Shown: in pieces, positions 6,694-18,938 of the stretch
Layout of the letters: each line of letters opens with the position of its first letter
Numbering within the stretch: the stretch's first letter is position 1
Assembly: GCA_040255885.1 (NCBI GenBank)
Contig: JBDZVW010000001.1
Location: forward strand, 1-25,059
Direction of reading: 5' to 3'
DNA from: Betaproteobacteria bacterium
GTDB lineage: Bacteria; Pseudomonadota; Gammaproteobacteria; Burkholderiales; JBDZVW01
Length of the DNA stretch: 25,059 nucleotides
Notes under the pieces: generated by a model
Seen by the model: only the letters and a program-made list of their open reading frames with translations
What the model was told of the DNA's origin: nothing
Database searches by the model: none
Position numbers and translations under genes: made by a program

Positions 6694-9103
6694 GCGCGGG
6701 TTTCCACCGCCGCAGCAGCAACGAGTTGCTGACGACCGATACCGAACTCATCGCCATCGCGGCGCCGGCGATCACCGGCGACAGCATGCCGAGCGCCGCC
6801 AGCGGGATGCCGAGCGTATTGTAGACGAATGCGAAGAACAGGTTCTGCCGGATCTTTCGCAATGTGCGGCGTGACAGGCCGACGGCATCGGCAATGCCGG
6901 CCGGATCGTCGCGCATCAGCGTGATGTCGGCGGCATGGATCGCAACGTCGGAACCGGCACCGATCGCGAAGCTGACATCGGCCGCCGCCAGCGCCGGAGC
7001 GTCATTGACGCCGTCGCCGGCCATGCCGACCACCTGTCCGTCCGCCTTCAGTCGATTGACCCGTTCGGCCTTGTCAGCAGGCAGCACTTCGGCTTCGAAC
7101 TGCGTGATGCCGGCCTGCTGCGCGATTGCCGCTGCCGTGACGCGATTGTCGCCGGTCAGCATCACCACTTCGATGCCCATGCGCTGCAGCCGGGCGACGG
7201 CGGCGGCCGACGTGTCGCGCAACTTGTCGGCGATCGCGATGAAGCCCAGCAGGCGCGATGCGCGGGTGACGGCGATCACCGTCTTGCCCTGGCGCTGCAG
7301 TGACTCGGCGCGGGCCTCGTCAACGGCGACGCCTGCATCGCGGACGAACCGGAGCGAACCGAGCAGCGCGGGCACGCCGTCGATGTCGGCACGCACGCCG
7401 CTGCCGGCGATCGCGATGAAGTTCGTGATCGCCGCCGGTGCGATATCGTGCGACGTGGCGTGCGCGGTCACGGCGCGCGCCAGCGGGTGTTCCGAGCCAT
7501 GCTCGAGCGCCGCGGCGGTTGCCAGCAATGCGTGTTCATCGGCGTCGATTGCAATCACGTCGGTCACCACCGGTCTGCCGAGCGTCAGCGTCCCGGTCTT
7601 GTCGAGCACCATCGTCGTCAGACGGCCGGCATGCTCGAGCGCGGCAGCATTTTTTACCAGCACGCCGATGCGCGCGCCGAGGCCGCTGCCGACCATGATC
7701 GCGGTCGGTGTCGCCAATCCGAGCGCGCACGGGCAGGCGATCACCAGCACCGCCACCGCGTTCACCAGCGCCGCGGTGAAGTCGCCCCCAAGTCCCCACC
7801 ATGCGATGAACGTGACGACGCTCACGCCGACCACCACCGGCACGAATACGCCCGAGATCACGTCGGCCAGCCGCTGGATCGGCGCCTTCGAGCCCTGCGC
7901 CTGTTCCACCAGCCGCACGATCGCGGCCAGCGCCGTGTTGGCGCCGACCCCGGTGGCGTGGCATTTCAGCAATCCGTGCTGATTGAGCGTGCCGGCAAAC
8001 ACCCTGGCGTCCGGCTGTTTGCTTACCGGCACGCTTTCTCCGGTCAGCATCGCTTCGTTGATGCTGGATGCGCCGTCAATTACCACGCCGTCAACCGGAA
8101 TCGCTTCGCCCGGGCGCACCACGAAAATATCGCCGACGCGCATCTGGGCGACGTCGAGCTCGACGAGCCTGCCGTCGCGCTCGACGTGCGCGGTTTTGGG
8201 TTGAAGCTTGATTAACTCCTCGATCGCCGCCGAGGTTTTCGTCTTGGCCTGCGCTTCCAGCAGCTTGCCCATCAGGATCAGCGTGATGATCATTGCGCTG
8301 GCTTCGAAATAGACGTGTTGCGGCAATCCGGCAAGCGTCACCACGGCGCTGAAGAAGAACGCCATGCTGGTGCCGAGCACGACCAGCGCGTCCATGTTGG
8401 CGCCGCCGCCGCGCAGCGCGTGCCAGGCGCCGACATAGAAACGGCGGCCGATCCAGAACTGGATCGGTGTCGCCAGCACCAGTTGCAGCCAGCGCGGCAA
8501 CAGCCCCTCATGATAGCCGGCAAACATCGCGATCATTTCGGCGACGAAAGGCAGGGTAAGCGCGACCGAAATCCAGAAGCGGCGCAATTCGGCCCTGAAT
8601 GCCGTGGCGTGACGCGCTTTTTCCTGTTCGCGATCGGCGCCGCTGAGCTTGTGTGCGTCATAGCCGGCGCGCCGTACGGCACCGATCAGCGTTGCCGCGT
8701 CGGCGGTGCCGGGCACGAATCGGACGTGCGCCGTTTCAGTGGCGAAGTTGACGGTGGCGCTGACGCCGGGCAGCCGGTTGAGCGCCTTTTCGATGCGGTT
8801 TGCGCAGGCGGCGCAGGTCATGCCTTGCAGCGCCAGCTCGGTGGTTTGGGGGGGCACGCGATAACCGGCTTTTTCGATCGCGTTCACCAGTTGCGGCGGC
8901 GCCACGCTGCGGCCGTCGTATTCGACGTGCGCATGCCCGGTCGCGAAATTGACGTTGGCCGTGACGCCGGGCAGGCGCCGCAGTGTCTTTTCAATACGAT
9001 TCGCACAGGCCGCGCACGTCATGCCCTCGATCGGCAGATCGACGGTGCGAGGTTTTGCCGGGGCGCCGGTTTCGGCGATTGCAGCAGTCGGTGCGGAAGA
9101 CAT
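6629..9103 (-). CDS. copA: Cu(I)-translocating P1B-type ATPase, 824 aa
   Basis: Two GMTCAAC HMA domains, LTGES, CPCALGLATP, DKTGT, SEHPLA, GDGVNDAP, and YN..P / MAMSS transmembrane Cu(I) ligands. Confidence 0.96.
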   Translation of the reverse strand: MSSAPTAAIAETGAPAKPRTVDLPIEGMTCAACANRIEKTLRRLPGVTANVNFATGHAHVEYDGRSVAPPQLVNAIEKAGYRVPPQTTELALQGMTCAACANRIEKALNRLPGVSATVNFATETAHVRFVPGTADAATLIGAVRRAGYDAHKLSGADREQEKARHATAFRAELRRFWISVALTLPFVAEMIAMFAGYHEGLLPRWLQLVLATPIQFWIGRRFYVGAWHALRGGGANMDALVVLGTSMAFFFSAVVTLAGLPQHVYFEASAMIITLILMGKLLEAQAKTKTSAAIEELIKLQPKTAHVERDGRLVELDVAQMRVGDIFVVRPGEAIPVDGVVIDGASSINEAMLTGESVPVSKQPDARVFAGTLNQHGLLKCHATGVGANTALAAIVRLVEQAQGSKAPIQRLADVISGVFVPVVVGVSVVTFIAWWGLGGDFTAALVNAVAVLVIACPCALGLATPTAIMVGSGLGARIGVLVKNAAALEHAGRLTTMVLDKTGTLTLGRPVVTDVIAIDADEHALLATAAALEHGSEHPLARAVTAHATSHDIAPAAITNFIAIAGSGVRADIDGVPALLGSLRFVRDAGVAVDEARAESLQRQGKTVIAVTRASRLLGFIAIADKLRDTSAAAVARLQRMGIEVVMLTGDNRVTAAAIAQQAGITQFEAEVLPADKAERVNRLKADGQVVGMAGDGVNDAPALAAADVSFAIGAGSDVAIHAADITLMRDDPAGIADAVGLSRRTLRKIRQNLFFAFVYNTLGIPLAALGMLSPVIAGAAMAMSSVSVVSNSLLLRRWKPARSEKQVSGANHTGARNAPETI

Positions 9104-9133
9104 GATGGCCCGCCGGTGGAACGGATGCGGACC

Positions 9134-9162
9134 ATCATATACCTATGAGGGGTATCTGTAAA
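9134..9162 (-). promoter_or_regulatory. Sigma70 promoter of the cop operon with an overlapping CsoR operator
   Basis: Minus strand TTTACA (9162-9157), 17 bp, TATGAT (9139-9134). The spacer holds the pseudo-palindrome AGATACCCCTCATAGGTATAT (9157-9137), an ATACC..GGTAT core with C/G tracts typical of CsoR sites. Confidence 0.85.
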
Positions 9163-9180
9163 ATACCCGCGAAAGGCGGG
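9160..9180 (-). terminator. Possible intrinsic terminator of the glycine-zipper gene
   Basis: Minus strand CCCGC-CTTTC-GCGGG followed by TATTTT, 6 nt after the stop; the stem is only 5 bp. Confidence 0.45.
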
Positions 9181-9186
9181 GCGACG

Positions 9187-9846
9187 TCAGTTCGCGGCCA
9201 CCAGCGAGCCGTTCTCGATTTTTACGTGCTGACCGATCGCGAGGCCGGGCTGCGAGGCATAGGTGAATGTGCGATGACTGCCATCGTGCATCCGCACCGA
9301 CACGATATAACGGTCGGTCGACTTCACTTTTTCCTCGACCTTGTTGCCGGCGTAGGCGCCGCCGACGGCGCCGGCGATGGTGGCAAGCGTGTTGCCGCGC
9401 CCCGCGCCGATCTGGTTGCCGACCAGCCCACCGACCACCGCGCCGGCGACCGCGCCGATGCCGCTGCCGGAACCTTCATGTTGTTTCACGCTGATCGCCT
9501 CGACGGTGCCGCAGTTGGTGCAGACGGCCACGCTGGGCGCCGGTGCCGGGCGTTCGGTGCGTTCGGTGCGCGTACGCGGTGGGGCGGATTCGGCAGCTGC
9601 GGATTTCGTCGCGACAGGAGGATGGTTCGATTGCGCTGAAGATGCGGCGGGCGCCGGCTGTGATTCTGGTTCGGCTGCCGCCTGTTGCGCCGGCTCGCTC
9701 GCCGGGGTTGCCGCGTCCGGCGCATTTTTTGAAAACGTACTCGGAATCAGACCGGTGAACACGCCGACGCCGACGGCGCAGAAGATGATGACCGCGATCG
9801 CGGCAATGATGATGATCGGATTGGTGCGGCTTTGCATCTCGGGCAT
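9187..9846 (-). CDS. Glycine-zipper 2TM domain envelope protein (SlyB/Pcp-like C-terminal part), 219 aa
   Basis: ATG at 9846 with AGGAGA upstream. N-terminal TM helix, Ala/Pro linker, CTNCG, then GSGIGAVAGAVVGGLVGNQIGAGRGNTLATIAGAVGGAYAGNKVE. Confidence 0.85.
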   Translation of the reverse strand: MPEMQSRTNPIIIIAAIAVIIFCAVGVGVFTGLIPSTFSKNAPDAATPASEPAQQAAAEPESQPAPAASSAQSNHPPVATKSAAAESAPPRTRTERTERPAPAPSVAVCTNCGTVEAISVKQHEGSGSGIGAVAGAVVGGLVGNQIGAGRGNTLATIAGAVGGAYAGNKVEEKVKSTDRYIVSVRMHDGSHRTFTYASQPGLAIGQHVKIENGSLVAAN

Positions 9847-9944
9847 GATTTTTCTCCTGTTTTTCCTGAATGAAAAGCTGCGCTTCAACAGGCGCTAATC
9901 CGGACAAAAAGCATAACGCGAATCGTTACCGGCAGCCACCGGTA

Positions 9945-9973
9945 ATTGTAAGGTTTTGTATATGCGATATGAA
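9945..9973 (-). promoter_or_regulatory. Putative sigma70 promoter for the glycine-zipper gene
   Basis: Minus strand TTCATA (9973-9968), 17 bp, TACAAT (9950-9945), in an AT-rich patch. Confidence 0.5.
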
Positions 9974-10036
9974 CGACTCATCATTTCCTGCGCAGACACG
10001 GGTGAAAGGCGGTGCCGCGACAATGATGCGACGGGC

Positions 10037-11989
<1,953 letters not shown>

Positions 11990-12009
11990 GTCGGTCGCTC
12001 CAAAAACTT

Positions 12010-12184
12010 AACCACAGAGAGACAAAGAAAACCAAAACTTCAACAGCAGAGACGCAGAGGCGCAGAGGAAACGCAGATAAAAACCATAACCGCAAAGGCG
12101 CGAAGGCGCAAAGAAAAACCGCAAAGAACTTCTGATTTTGTTTTTCCTTTGCGTACCTCTGCGTCTCTGCGCCTCTGCGGTAAA
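12010..12184. repeat. Intergenic CGCAGAGR octamer-based modules: three direct copies (first degenerate) and one inverted
   Basis: AACAGCAGAGACGCAGAGGCGCAGAGGAAACGCAGA and AACCGCAAAGGCGCGAAGGCGCAAAGAAAAACCGCAAAG; the reverse complement of 12147-12182 is TACCGCAGAGGCGCAGAGACGCAGAGGTACGCAAAG. Confidence 0.88.
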
Positions 12185-12195
12185 GGGTTTTTCTG

Positions 12196-13695
12196 TTACT
12201 CCGGCCGCAACTGCGGAAACAGAATCACGTCGCGGATGCTCGGGCTGTCGGTCAGCAGCATCACCAGGCGGTCGATGCCGATGCCGGCGCCGGCGGTCGG
12301 CGGCAGCCCGTATTCGAGTGCGCGAATGTAGTCGGCATCGTAATGCATCGCTTCGGCGTCGCCGGCATCCTTCTGTCGCGCCTGCTCGGCGAAGCGCCGC
12401 GCCTGATCCTCGGGATCGTTGAGCTCGGAGAAGCCGTTTGCGATTTCGCGCCCGGCGATATAAAGCTCGAAACGCTCGGTGATTTCAGGGTTCTGGTCGC
12501 TGCGCCGCGCGAGCGGGGAGACCTCGGCCGGATAATCGAGCAGGAAAGTCGGTGCGAACAATTGGGATTCGACGGTCGCTTCGAACAGTGCGAGCTGCAG
12601 CGCGCCGACGCCGTCGTCCGGCTTGTGAGCGGCGCCGAGCTCGGCCAGTTTGCCGCGCAGGAAGGCACCGTCGTCAAGGTCGGCCGCAGGATATTCGGGG
12701 TGAAAACGGGCGATTGCCTGCACGATCGTGAGCCGGTCGAACGGCTTGCCGAAATCGATTTCGCGGCCCTGGTAAGCGACTTTCGTCGTGCCGAGCACGG
12801 CCTGCGCGGCGGTGCGCAGTAATTGCTCGATGAAATCCATCAGGTAGCGGTAGTCCTTGTACGCGCAGTAGAACTCGAGCATCGTGAACTCGGGATTGTG
12901 GCGCGTCGAGATCCCCTCGTTGCGGAAATTGCGGTTGATCTCGAACACCTGCTCGAAGCCGCCGACCACCAGCCGCTTCAGGTAAAGCTCCGGCGCGATG
13001 CGCAGATAGAGCTGCATGTCGAGTGCGTTGTGGTGAGTCGTGAACGGACGCGCCGCCGCACCGCCCGGGATCGGGTGCATCATCGGCGTTTCGACTTCGA
13101 GATAGCCGCGCTGCACGAAAAATTCGCGTGTCGCCTGGATCAGTTGCGAGCGCAGCTTGAATGTCCGGCGCGTGTCCTCGTTCGTGATCAGGTCGAGATA
13201 GCGCTGGCGGTAGCGGGTTTCAGGGTCGGCCAGCCCGTGGAACTTTTCCGGCAGCGGGCGCAGCGATTTCGTGAGCAGCCGCAATTCCTGCACACGAACC
13301 GTCAGCTCGTTGGTCTTGGTTCGAAACAGCACGCCGGATACGCCGAGAATGTCTCCGATGTCGTAGTGCTTGAACGCGGCGTGGCGTTCGCGGCCGAAAT
13401 GCTCGTCGGTGATGTAGAGCTGGATCGCGCCGCTCATGTCCTGCAGCTTGGCGAAGCTCGCCTTGCCCATCACGCGCTTCAGCATCATGCGGCCGGCGAT
13501 CTTCACGCTGACCGGCTCACGCTCCAGCGCGTCGTGGTCGCGCTCCGAGTATTGCGCGACGATGTCGCCGATCAGGTGCTCGCGTTCGAAATCATTCGGA
13601 AAGGCGACGCCGGCCTGGTGCAGCGCACCGAGCTTGGCGCGGCGCTCCTCGATGATGCGGTTGTCGTCGACCGGCGGTTGTTGTTGTTCGTTCAT
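12196..13695 (-). CDS. lysS: Lysine--tRNA ligase (class II), 499 aa
   Basis: Start MNEQQQ at 13695. [43 protein letters not shown]; directly downstream of prfB. Confidence 0.97.
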   Translation of the reverse strand: MNEQQQPPVDDNRIIEERRAKLGALHQAGVAFPNDFEREHLIGDIVAQYSERDHDALEREPVSVKIAGRMMLKRVMGKASFAKLQDMSGAIQLYITDEHFGRERHAAFKHYDIGDILGVSGVLFRTKTNELTVRVQELRLLTKSLRPLPEKFHGLADPETRYRQRYLDLITNEDTRRTFKLRSQLIQATREFFVQRGYLEVETPMMHPIPGGAAARPFTTHHNALDMQLYLRIAPELYLKRLVVGGFEQVFEINRNFRNEGISTRHNPEFTMLEFYCAYKDYRYLMDFIEQLLRTAAQAVLGTTKVAYQGREIDFGKPFDRLTIVQAIARFHPEYPAADLDDGAFLRGKLAELGAAHKPDDGVGALQLALFEATVESQLFAPTFLLDYPAEVSPLARRSDQNPEITERFELYIAGREIANGFSELNDPEDQARRFAEQARQKDAGDAEAMHYDADYIRALEYGLPPTAGAGIGIDRLVMLLTDSPSIRDVILFPQLRPE

Positions 13696-13702
13696 GTTTC
13701 GA

Positions 13703-14807
13703 CTATACCCCCTGCTTGAGGCTGGCACTGATGAAGTCGTCGAGATCGCCGTCGAGCACCGCCTGCGTATTGCCGACTTCGACGCTGGTGCGCAGATCCT
13801 TGATGCGCGACTGGTCGAGCACGTAGGAACGGATCTGGTGGCCCCAGGCGATGTCGGTCTTGGCGTCTTCCATCGCCTGCTTTTCGCTGGTGCGCTTGCG
13901 CAATTCCAGTTCGTAGAGGCGGGATTTCAGCATCGCCATCGCCTCGGCACGGTTGCGGTGCTGCGAGCGGTCGTTCTGGCATTGCACGACGATGCCGGTC
14001 GGGCCGTGCGTGATGCGCACCGCGGAATCGGTCTTGTTGATGTGCTGGCCCCCGGCACCCGACGCGCGGTAGGTGTCGATGCGCAGGTCGGCCGGGTTGA
14101 TTTCGACCTCGATCGTCTCATCCACCTCAGGGTAGACGAACACACTCGCGAACGACGTATGGCGACGGTGATTGGAATCGAACGGCGACTTGCGCACCAG
14201 CCGGTGCACGCCGCTTTCGGTGCGCAGATAGCCGTATGCATAATCGCCGCGCACCTTGATCGTCGCGTTCTTGATACCGGCGACTTCACCCGGCTGCTCT
14301 TCGAGAATTTCGACGCCCAGTTCGCGCCGTTCGCAGTAGCGCAGATACATGCGTTCGAGTATGCCGGCCCAGTCCTGCGCTTCGGTGCCGCCGGAGCCTG
14401 CCTGGATGTCGATGAAGCAATTATTGGGGTCCATCGGGTTGGAGAACATGCGCTGGAATTCCAGCGTGGCGACTGCATGCTCCAGTGCGTCGGCGTCGGC
14501 TCCGACACCGGCCAGCGCGTCGTCATCTTCCTCGGCGTGCGCCAGATCGAACAGTTCGCGGGCGTCACTCAGATCGCGATCGAGCTGCTGCAGCGTCGAG
14601 ACCAGATCCTCCAGCGACTTGCGTTCCCTGCCGAGTTCCTGCGAGCGCCGGGTATCGCTCCAGATCGCCGGATCCTCGCTCAGGCGGACGACTTCGGCGA
14701 GCCGCTGTTCCTTTGCGGCGAAGTCAAAGATACCTCCGCAGTTCCGTGTTGCGGCGGGCGAGATCTTCGAGATGGTGATCAATCAGATTGATGCGTTCGG
14801 CGTCCAT
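13703..14807 (-). CDS. prfB: Peptide chain release factor 2, 367 aa, made via a programmed +1 frameshift after codon 27
   Basis: [27 protein letters not shown] (14807-14727), then TGA, continuing +1 as [12 protein letters not shown] and GGQ motifs present. Confidence 0.97.
14723..14737 (-). promoter_or_regulatory. prfB autoregulatory +1 frameshift site
   Basis: Minus strand GGAGG TAT CTT TGA C: internal Shine-Dalgarno followed by the canonical CTT-TGA-C slippery stop. Confidence 0.96.
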
Positions 14808-14857
14808 GATGGCGGTTCCCCAAAAGCGAAAATTATACATGAGCGCCGCCCGCCATT

Positions 14858-16558
14858 TCACGCCGGCTCCCAGTGATCGACGATCACATCGAGCCGCCGG
14901 CCGCCGTTGAAACGGTTGACGGCGAGCCGGTAAACCGCATGCACGCGCGCCGGCAGCGGCTCGGTGTGCGCGAAGCGGATACCGTCGAGCGGGCCGGCAC
15001 CGCCGTCCGCGCGCAGCCGCAGCTTGAGATGGCGCTCGCCGACGACACGCTGCTGCAGGATGTCGAATTCGTTGTCGAACGCGGGCGGCGGAAAGCCCTG
15101 TCCCCACACCGCGGTTTCCAGCAGTTCGGCCGCGGTAACCGTCATGTCGCCGTCCGTCAGCGGACCGTCGGTTTCGATCGTGCGTTCGAGGTCGGCCGGC
15201 GTGAGCAGCATTTGCGCCGCCGCCTCGAATGCCGCGGCAAAGCGTGGATGGTCGGCGGCGCGCAGCGTCAGGCCGGCAGCCGCCGCATGGCCGCCGAAAC
15301 GCAGGATCATGCCCGGTTCACGCTTGGCGACGAGATCGAGCGCGTCGCGCAGGTGCAGGCCCGGGATCGAGCGCCCCGAGCCCTTGAGTTCGCCCGGAGT
15401 GCCGGGCGCGAACGCGAATGCGGGGCGATGGAACTTGTCCTTGAGGCGTGACGCGAGAATGCCGATCACGCCCTGGTGCCAGCCGGGATCGAACAGGCTC
15501 ACGCTGTAGCTGTCCGCGCATTGCATGCGCTCGATCGCGAGCAGCGCGTCCTGCTGCATGTCGGATTCGATCGCGCGCCGCTCGCGGTTGAGCGCATCGA
15601 GCTGCGTCGCGATGTCCGCGGCACGATCCTCGTCGTCGGTCGTCAGGCACTCGATGCCGAGCGACATGTCGTCGAGCCGGCCGGCGGCGTTGAGGCGTGG
15701 CCCCAGAAAAAATCCGAGGTCATGGCTGGCAGCGCGCGCCGGATCACGGCCGGCGACGCGAAACAGTTGCCGGATGCCGGGCTGGACACGGCCGCGGCGG
15801 ATGCGTGCCAGTCCCTGGCTCACCAGCAGGCGGTTGTTGGCGTCAAGCCGCACCACGTCGGCGACCGTGCCCAGCGCCACCAGATCGAGCAACTGTGCCA
15901 GATTCGGTTCGGGGATGGCGTGGAATGCGCCGCGCGTCCGCAGTTCGGCACGCAACTGCAGCATCAGGTAGAACGCGACGCCGACGCCGGCCAGGTGCTT
16001 GCTCGGAAATTCGCAGCCCGGCTGGTTCGGATTGACGATCGCCAGTGCCTGCGGCAGTTCGGCGCCGGGCAGGTGATGGTCGGTGATCACCACGCCGATG
16101 CCGAGCCGTGCCGCTTCCGCGACACCGTCGCAGCTGGCGATGCCGTTGTCGACGGTGATCAGGATGTCGGGATGTTTTGTTGCATGCGCGAGCTGCACAA
16201 TCTCGGGCGTCAGCCCGTAACCGTACTCGAAGCGGTTCGGCACCAGGTAATCGACATCGGCGCCGAACGCGCGCAGCGCGCGCAGGCATACCGCGCACGC
16301 GGTCGCGCCATCGGAATCGTAGTCGGCAATGATGACGAGGCGGCGCTGCGCGCCGATCGCGTCGGCCAGCAGACGGGTGGCGTGTGCCAACCCTTTCATG
16401 CACTGCGGTTGCAGCAGACTGGCGAGTTCGGTCGCGAGGTCGCCGGCACCGTGAATACCGCGCGCGGCATAAAGGCGTGCAAGCAGCGGCGGAACCCCGG
16501 CGCTCATCAGTGCCGCAACGGCTGTGGCGGGTGACGTGCGCGAAACGATCTGCGGCAT
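14858..16558 (-). CDS. recJ: Single-stranded-DNA-specific exonuclease RecJ, 566 aa
   Basis: Start MPQIVSR at 16558. DYDSDG, ITVDNGI, TDHH, GTVADVV, GPRLNAAGR, GSGRS, GGHAAAAG. Confidence 0.96.
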   Translation of the reverse strand: MPQIVSRTSPATAVAALMSAGVPPLLARLYAARGIHGAGDLATELASLLQPQCMKGLAHATRLLADAIGAQRRLVIIADYDSDGATACAVCLRALRAFGADVDYLVPNRFEYGYGLTPEIVQLAHATKHPDILITVDNGIASCDGVAEAARLGIGVVITDHHLPGAELPQALAIVNPNQPGCEFPSKHLAGVGVAFYLMLQLRAELRTRGAFHAIPEPNLAQLLDLVALGTVADVVRLDANNRLLVSQGLARIRRGRVQPGIRQLFRVAGRDPARAASHDLGFFLGPRLNAAGRLDDMSLGIECLTTDDEDRAADIATQLDALNRERRAIESDMQQDALLAIERMQCADSYSVSLFDPGWHQGVIGILASRLKDKFHRPAFAFAPGTPGELKGSGRSIPGLHLRDALDLVAKREPGMILRFGGHAAAAGLTLRAADHPRFAAAFEAAAQMLLTPADLERTIETDGPLTDGDMTVTAAELLETAVWGQGFPPPAFDNEFDILQQRVVGERHLKLRLRADGGAGPLDGIRFAHTEPLPARVHAVYRLAVNRFNGGRRLDVIVDHWEPA

Positions 16559-16563
16559 CGCGG

Positions 16564-17595
16564 TCAGCGCGGCGCGTAATCGGCGAGCGGCCGCGCGCGG
16601 CGCCAGAATTTCCACAAATCCGCCGGCGTGATCGTGCACGAATACGAGAACGCGGCGCCCGGCAGCCACAGCACGAGTTCGGACAGCCGGCGATGGCGCA
16701 GCGCATCGAGCAGCGGCGCGAGCCATTCGCTGTCGAGTGCCGCCGCAGCGTTGAGCCAGCCGCCGTGATCCGCATACTGCGCTGCGCCGCGCAGGCGGTC
16801 GTTTACGATCAGGTGATGTCCGTCGGGCGCGGCATGCTCCAGCCATTGCGCGGCTGACGGCGGCAACGCTTCATGCGGAATCTCCGCCGTGTGCGCCAGT
16901 GCGCACGCCGTCACGTCGTCGCTCCATACATGTGTGAACGGGCGTTGCGGTGAACCCGGCGCGGTGCCGCCGCCCCACGGCCAGATGCTGTTCACCGGCA
17001 GTTCGCCGCGCGCTTCGCGGGCCTCGTTGACGGGGTGACCGGAGAGCAGCATCTGGGCTTCATTGATGCGCGCGTGCCAGCGCAACGCGTCGGCGCCTTG
17101 CGGCAGCAGCGCGTCGATGTCACGGCCGGCTGCTTCCGACAACGGCGTCGTGACGATCTGCGGTGCCGCTTCAAGCCGCAGGTACCAGCGATCCGGACGC
17201 AGCGGATGGAACAGCATGCCGTCTGCCGCGAACTGGCGGTTCAGCGCGTCGGTCAGTTGTTGTGCTTCGCCCGTGGCGATCTCAAAGGCACCGCTGTCAA
17301 CCAGCACCAGCCGGTTGCGCTGCGCCTGCAGATGCACCGGATCGGCGCGCAGCCAGCAGGCGGTGCCGGGATTTCCGCCATCGCATGCGAGGGTCAGCGC
17401 CGCGATCGGATAGTCGGACTGTCGCGCGATGCCGAACGCGTCACACAGCCGCGATTCCGCCGTCGCCGCATCACCTTGCTGCCGCCTGCCGCGCGCGAGC
17501 AACGTCTGCAGCACATTCAGCGCGGGCAACGGAATCCCGTGTTCCGCCATGTCGAGCGGATACCAGGCGTCGGTGACAAGAAGCGTACAGCGCAT
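16564..17595 (-). CDS. RpfE-like / phosphoglycerate-mutase-like protein, 343 aa
   Basis: WLRADPVHL..NEAQMLLSGHPVNEAREARGELPVNSIWPWGGG..LWKFWRR pattern; its usual position directly upstream of recJ. Confidence 0.78.
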   Translation of the reverse strand: MRCTLLVTDAWYPLDMAEHGIPLPALNVLQTLLARGRRQQGDAATAESRLCDAFGIARQSDYPIAALTLACDGGNPGTACWLRADPVHLQAQRNRLVLVDSGAFEIATGEAQQLTDALNRQFAADGMLFHPLRPDRWYLRLEAAPQIVTTPLSEAAGRDIDALLPQGADALRWHARINEAQMLLSGHPVNEAREARGELPVNSIWPWGGGTAPGSPQRPFTHVWSDDVTACALAHTAEIPHEALPPSAAQWLEHAAPDGHHLIVNDRLRGAAQYADHGGWLNAAAALDSEWLAPLLDALRHRRLSELVLWLPGAAFSYSCTITPADLWKFWRRARPLADYAPR

Positions 17596-17693
17596 CGGCG
17601 CGAGTTTACCATTCGGCCGATTCGATGGAGGCGCCTACTGCGCGGACGCCGCGGTTGTGGCAAACTGCCGCTTTTGTCCGCCCGTCCCGCAGC

Positions 17694-18938
17694 GTGCGAT
17701 CTTACGAACTTTTCGTCGGCTTGCGCTATACACGCGCCAAGCGCCGCAACCGCGCGATCTCGTTTATCGCGGCGGTTTCGATCATCGGCATTGCGCTCGG
17801 CATGACCGCGCTGATTACGGTGCTGTCGGTAATGAACGGATTTCAGCGCGAAATCCGCACGCGCATCCTCGAAGCCGCCGCCCATGTCGAGATCATGGGA
17901 CCGGACAAGCGCCTGCAGAACTGGCAGCTGGTGGCGAAAGAGGCGCTGCAGAATCCGCAGGTGATCGCGGCGGCGCCGTACATCAGCGACCAGGGCCTGC
18001 TGTCGGCAGGCGCGAACGTGCGCGGTGTGCTGGTGCGCGGCATCGATCCGTCCGACGAAATGCAGGTGGATGCGATCGGCAAGCACATGAAGCTGGGCAG
18101 CTTTGATGCGCTCAAGCCCGGCCGTTTCGGCATCGTGCTGGGATCGGATCTGGCAGCGGTGCTCGGCGTCGGCGTCGGCGACAAGGTAGTGCTGATTGCG
18201 CCGCAGGGGTTGGTGACGCCGGCCGGCGTGCTGCCGCGGCTCAGGCAGTTCACCGTGGTCGGCATCTTCCAGATCGGCCACTATCAGTACGATTCCAGTC
18301 TGGCGCTGATCAACATCAACGACGCGCGCGCGCTGTATCGGATGGGCAACGCGGTGACCGGCGTGCGGCTGCGGCTCAAGGATCTGTTCAAGGCCAACCA
18401 GGTGGTGCACCAGCTGTCGCGCACCATCACCACGCAGGTCTATCTGACCGACTGGACGATGGAATACGCGACCTTCTTCCGCGCGGTCGAGATCGAGAAA
18501 CGCATGATGTTCATCGTGGTGATCCTGATTATCGCGGTGGCGGCGTTCAACATTGTTTCCAGCCTGATCATGGTGGTCACCGACAAGCGGCCGGACATCG
18601 CGATCCTGCGCACGCTGGGCGCGAGCCCCGGCAGCATCACCAAGATATTTTTCGTGCAAGGCGCGCTGATCGGCATTTTCGGCACCGCGCTGGGGCTGAT
18701 CTGCGGCGTATCGCTGGCGTACAACATCCCGGTCGTCGTGCCGTTCATCGAACACCTGTTCGGCGTGCATTTCCTGGCGAAGTCCGTCTATTACATCAGC
18801 GAACTGCCGTCGCAGGTGCAGGCGCCCGATGTGATCGCGACGGCGCTGGTGTCGCTGGCGCTGTCGCTGCTCGCCACCATTTATCCGAGCTACCGCGCGG
18901 CGAAGGTCAATCCGGCGGAAGCGTTGCGCTATGAATGA
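17694..18938 (+). CDS. lolE: Lipoprotein-releasing ABC transporter permease LolC/E, about 414 aa
   Basis: Probable GTG start ([12 protein letters not shown]). [33 protein letters not shown]; a single permease gene overlapping lolD. Confidence 0.93.
   Translation: MRSYELFVGLRYTRAKRRNRAISFIAAVSIIGIALGMTALITVLSVMNGFQREIRTRILEAAAHVEIMGPDKRLQNWQLVAKEALQNPQVIAAAPYISDQGLLSAGANVRGVLVRGIDPSDEMQVDAIGKHMKLGSFDALKPGRFGIVLGSDLAAVLGVGVGDKVVLIAPQGLVTPAGVLPRLRQFTVVGIFQIGHYQYDSSLALININDARALYRMGNAVTGVRLRLKDLFKANQVVHQLSRTITTQVYLTDWTMEYATFFRAVEIEKRMMFIVVILIIAVAAFNIVSSLIMVVTDKRPDIAILRTLGASPGSITKIFFVQGALIGIFGTALGLICGVSLAYNIPVVVPFIEHLFGVHFLAKSVYYISELPSQVQAPDVIATALVSLALSLLATIYPSYRAAKVNPAEALRYE

Noticed and set aside
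12010..12184. Possible CRISPR array
   Set aside because: The repeats are degenerate, internally periodic and partly inverted, with no unique constant-length spacers and no cas genes.
13703..14782. prfB as a 359-aa ORF starting MITISK, or as a pseudogene
   Set aside because: Fully explained by the programmed +1 frameshift from the ATG at 14807.
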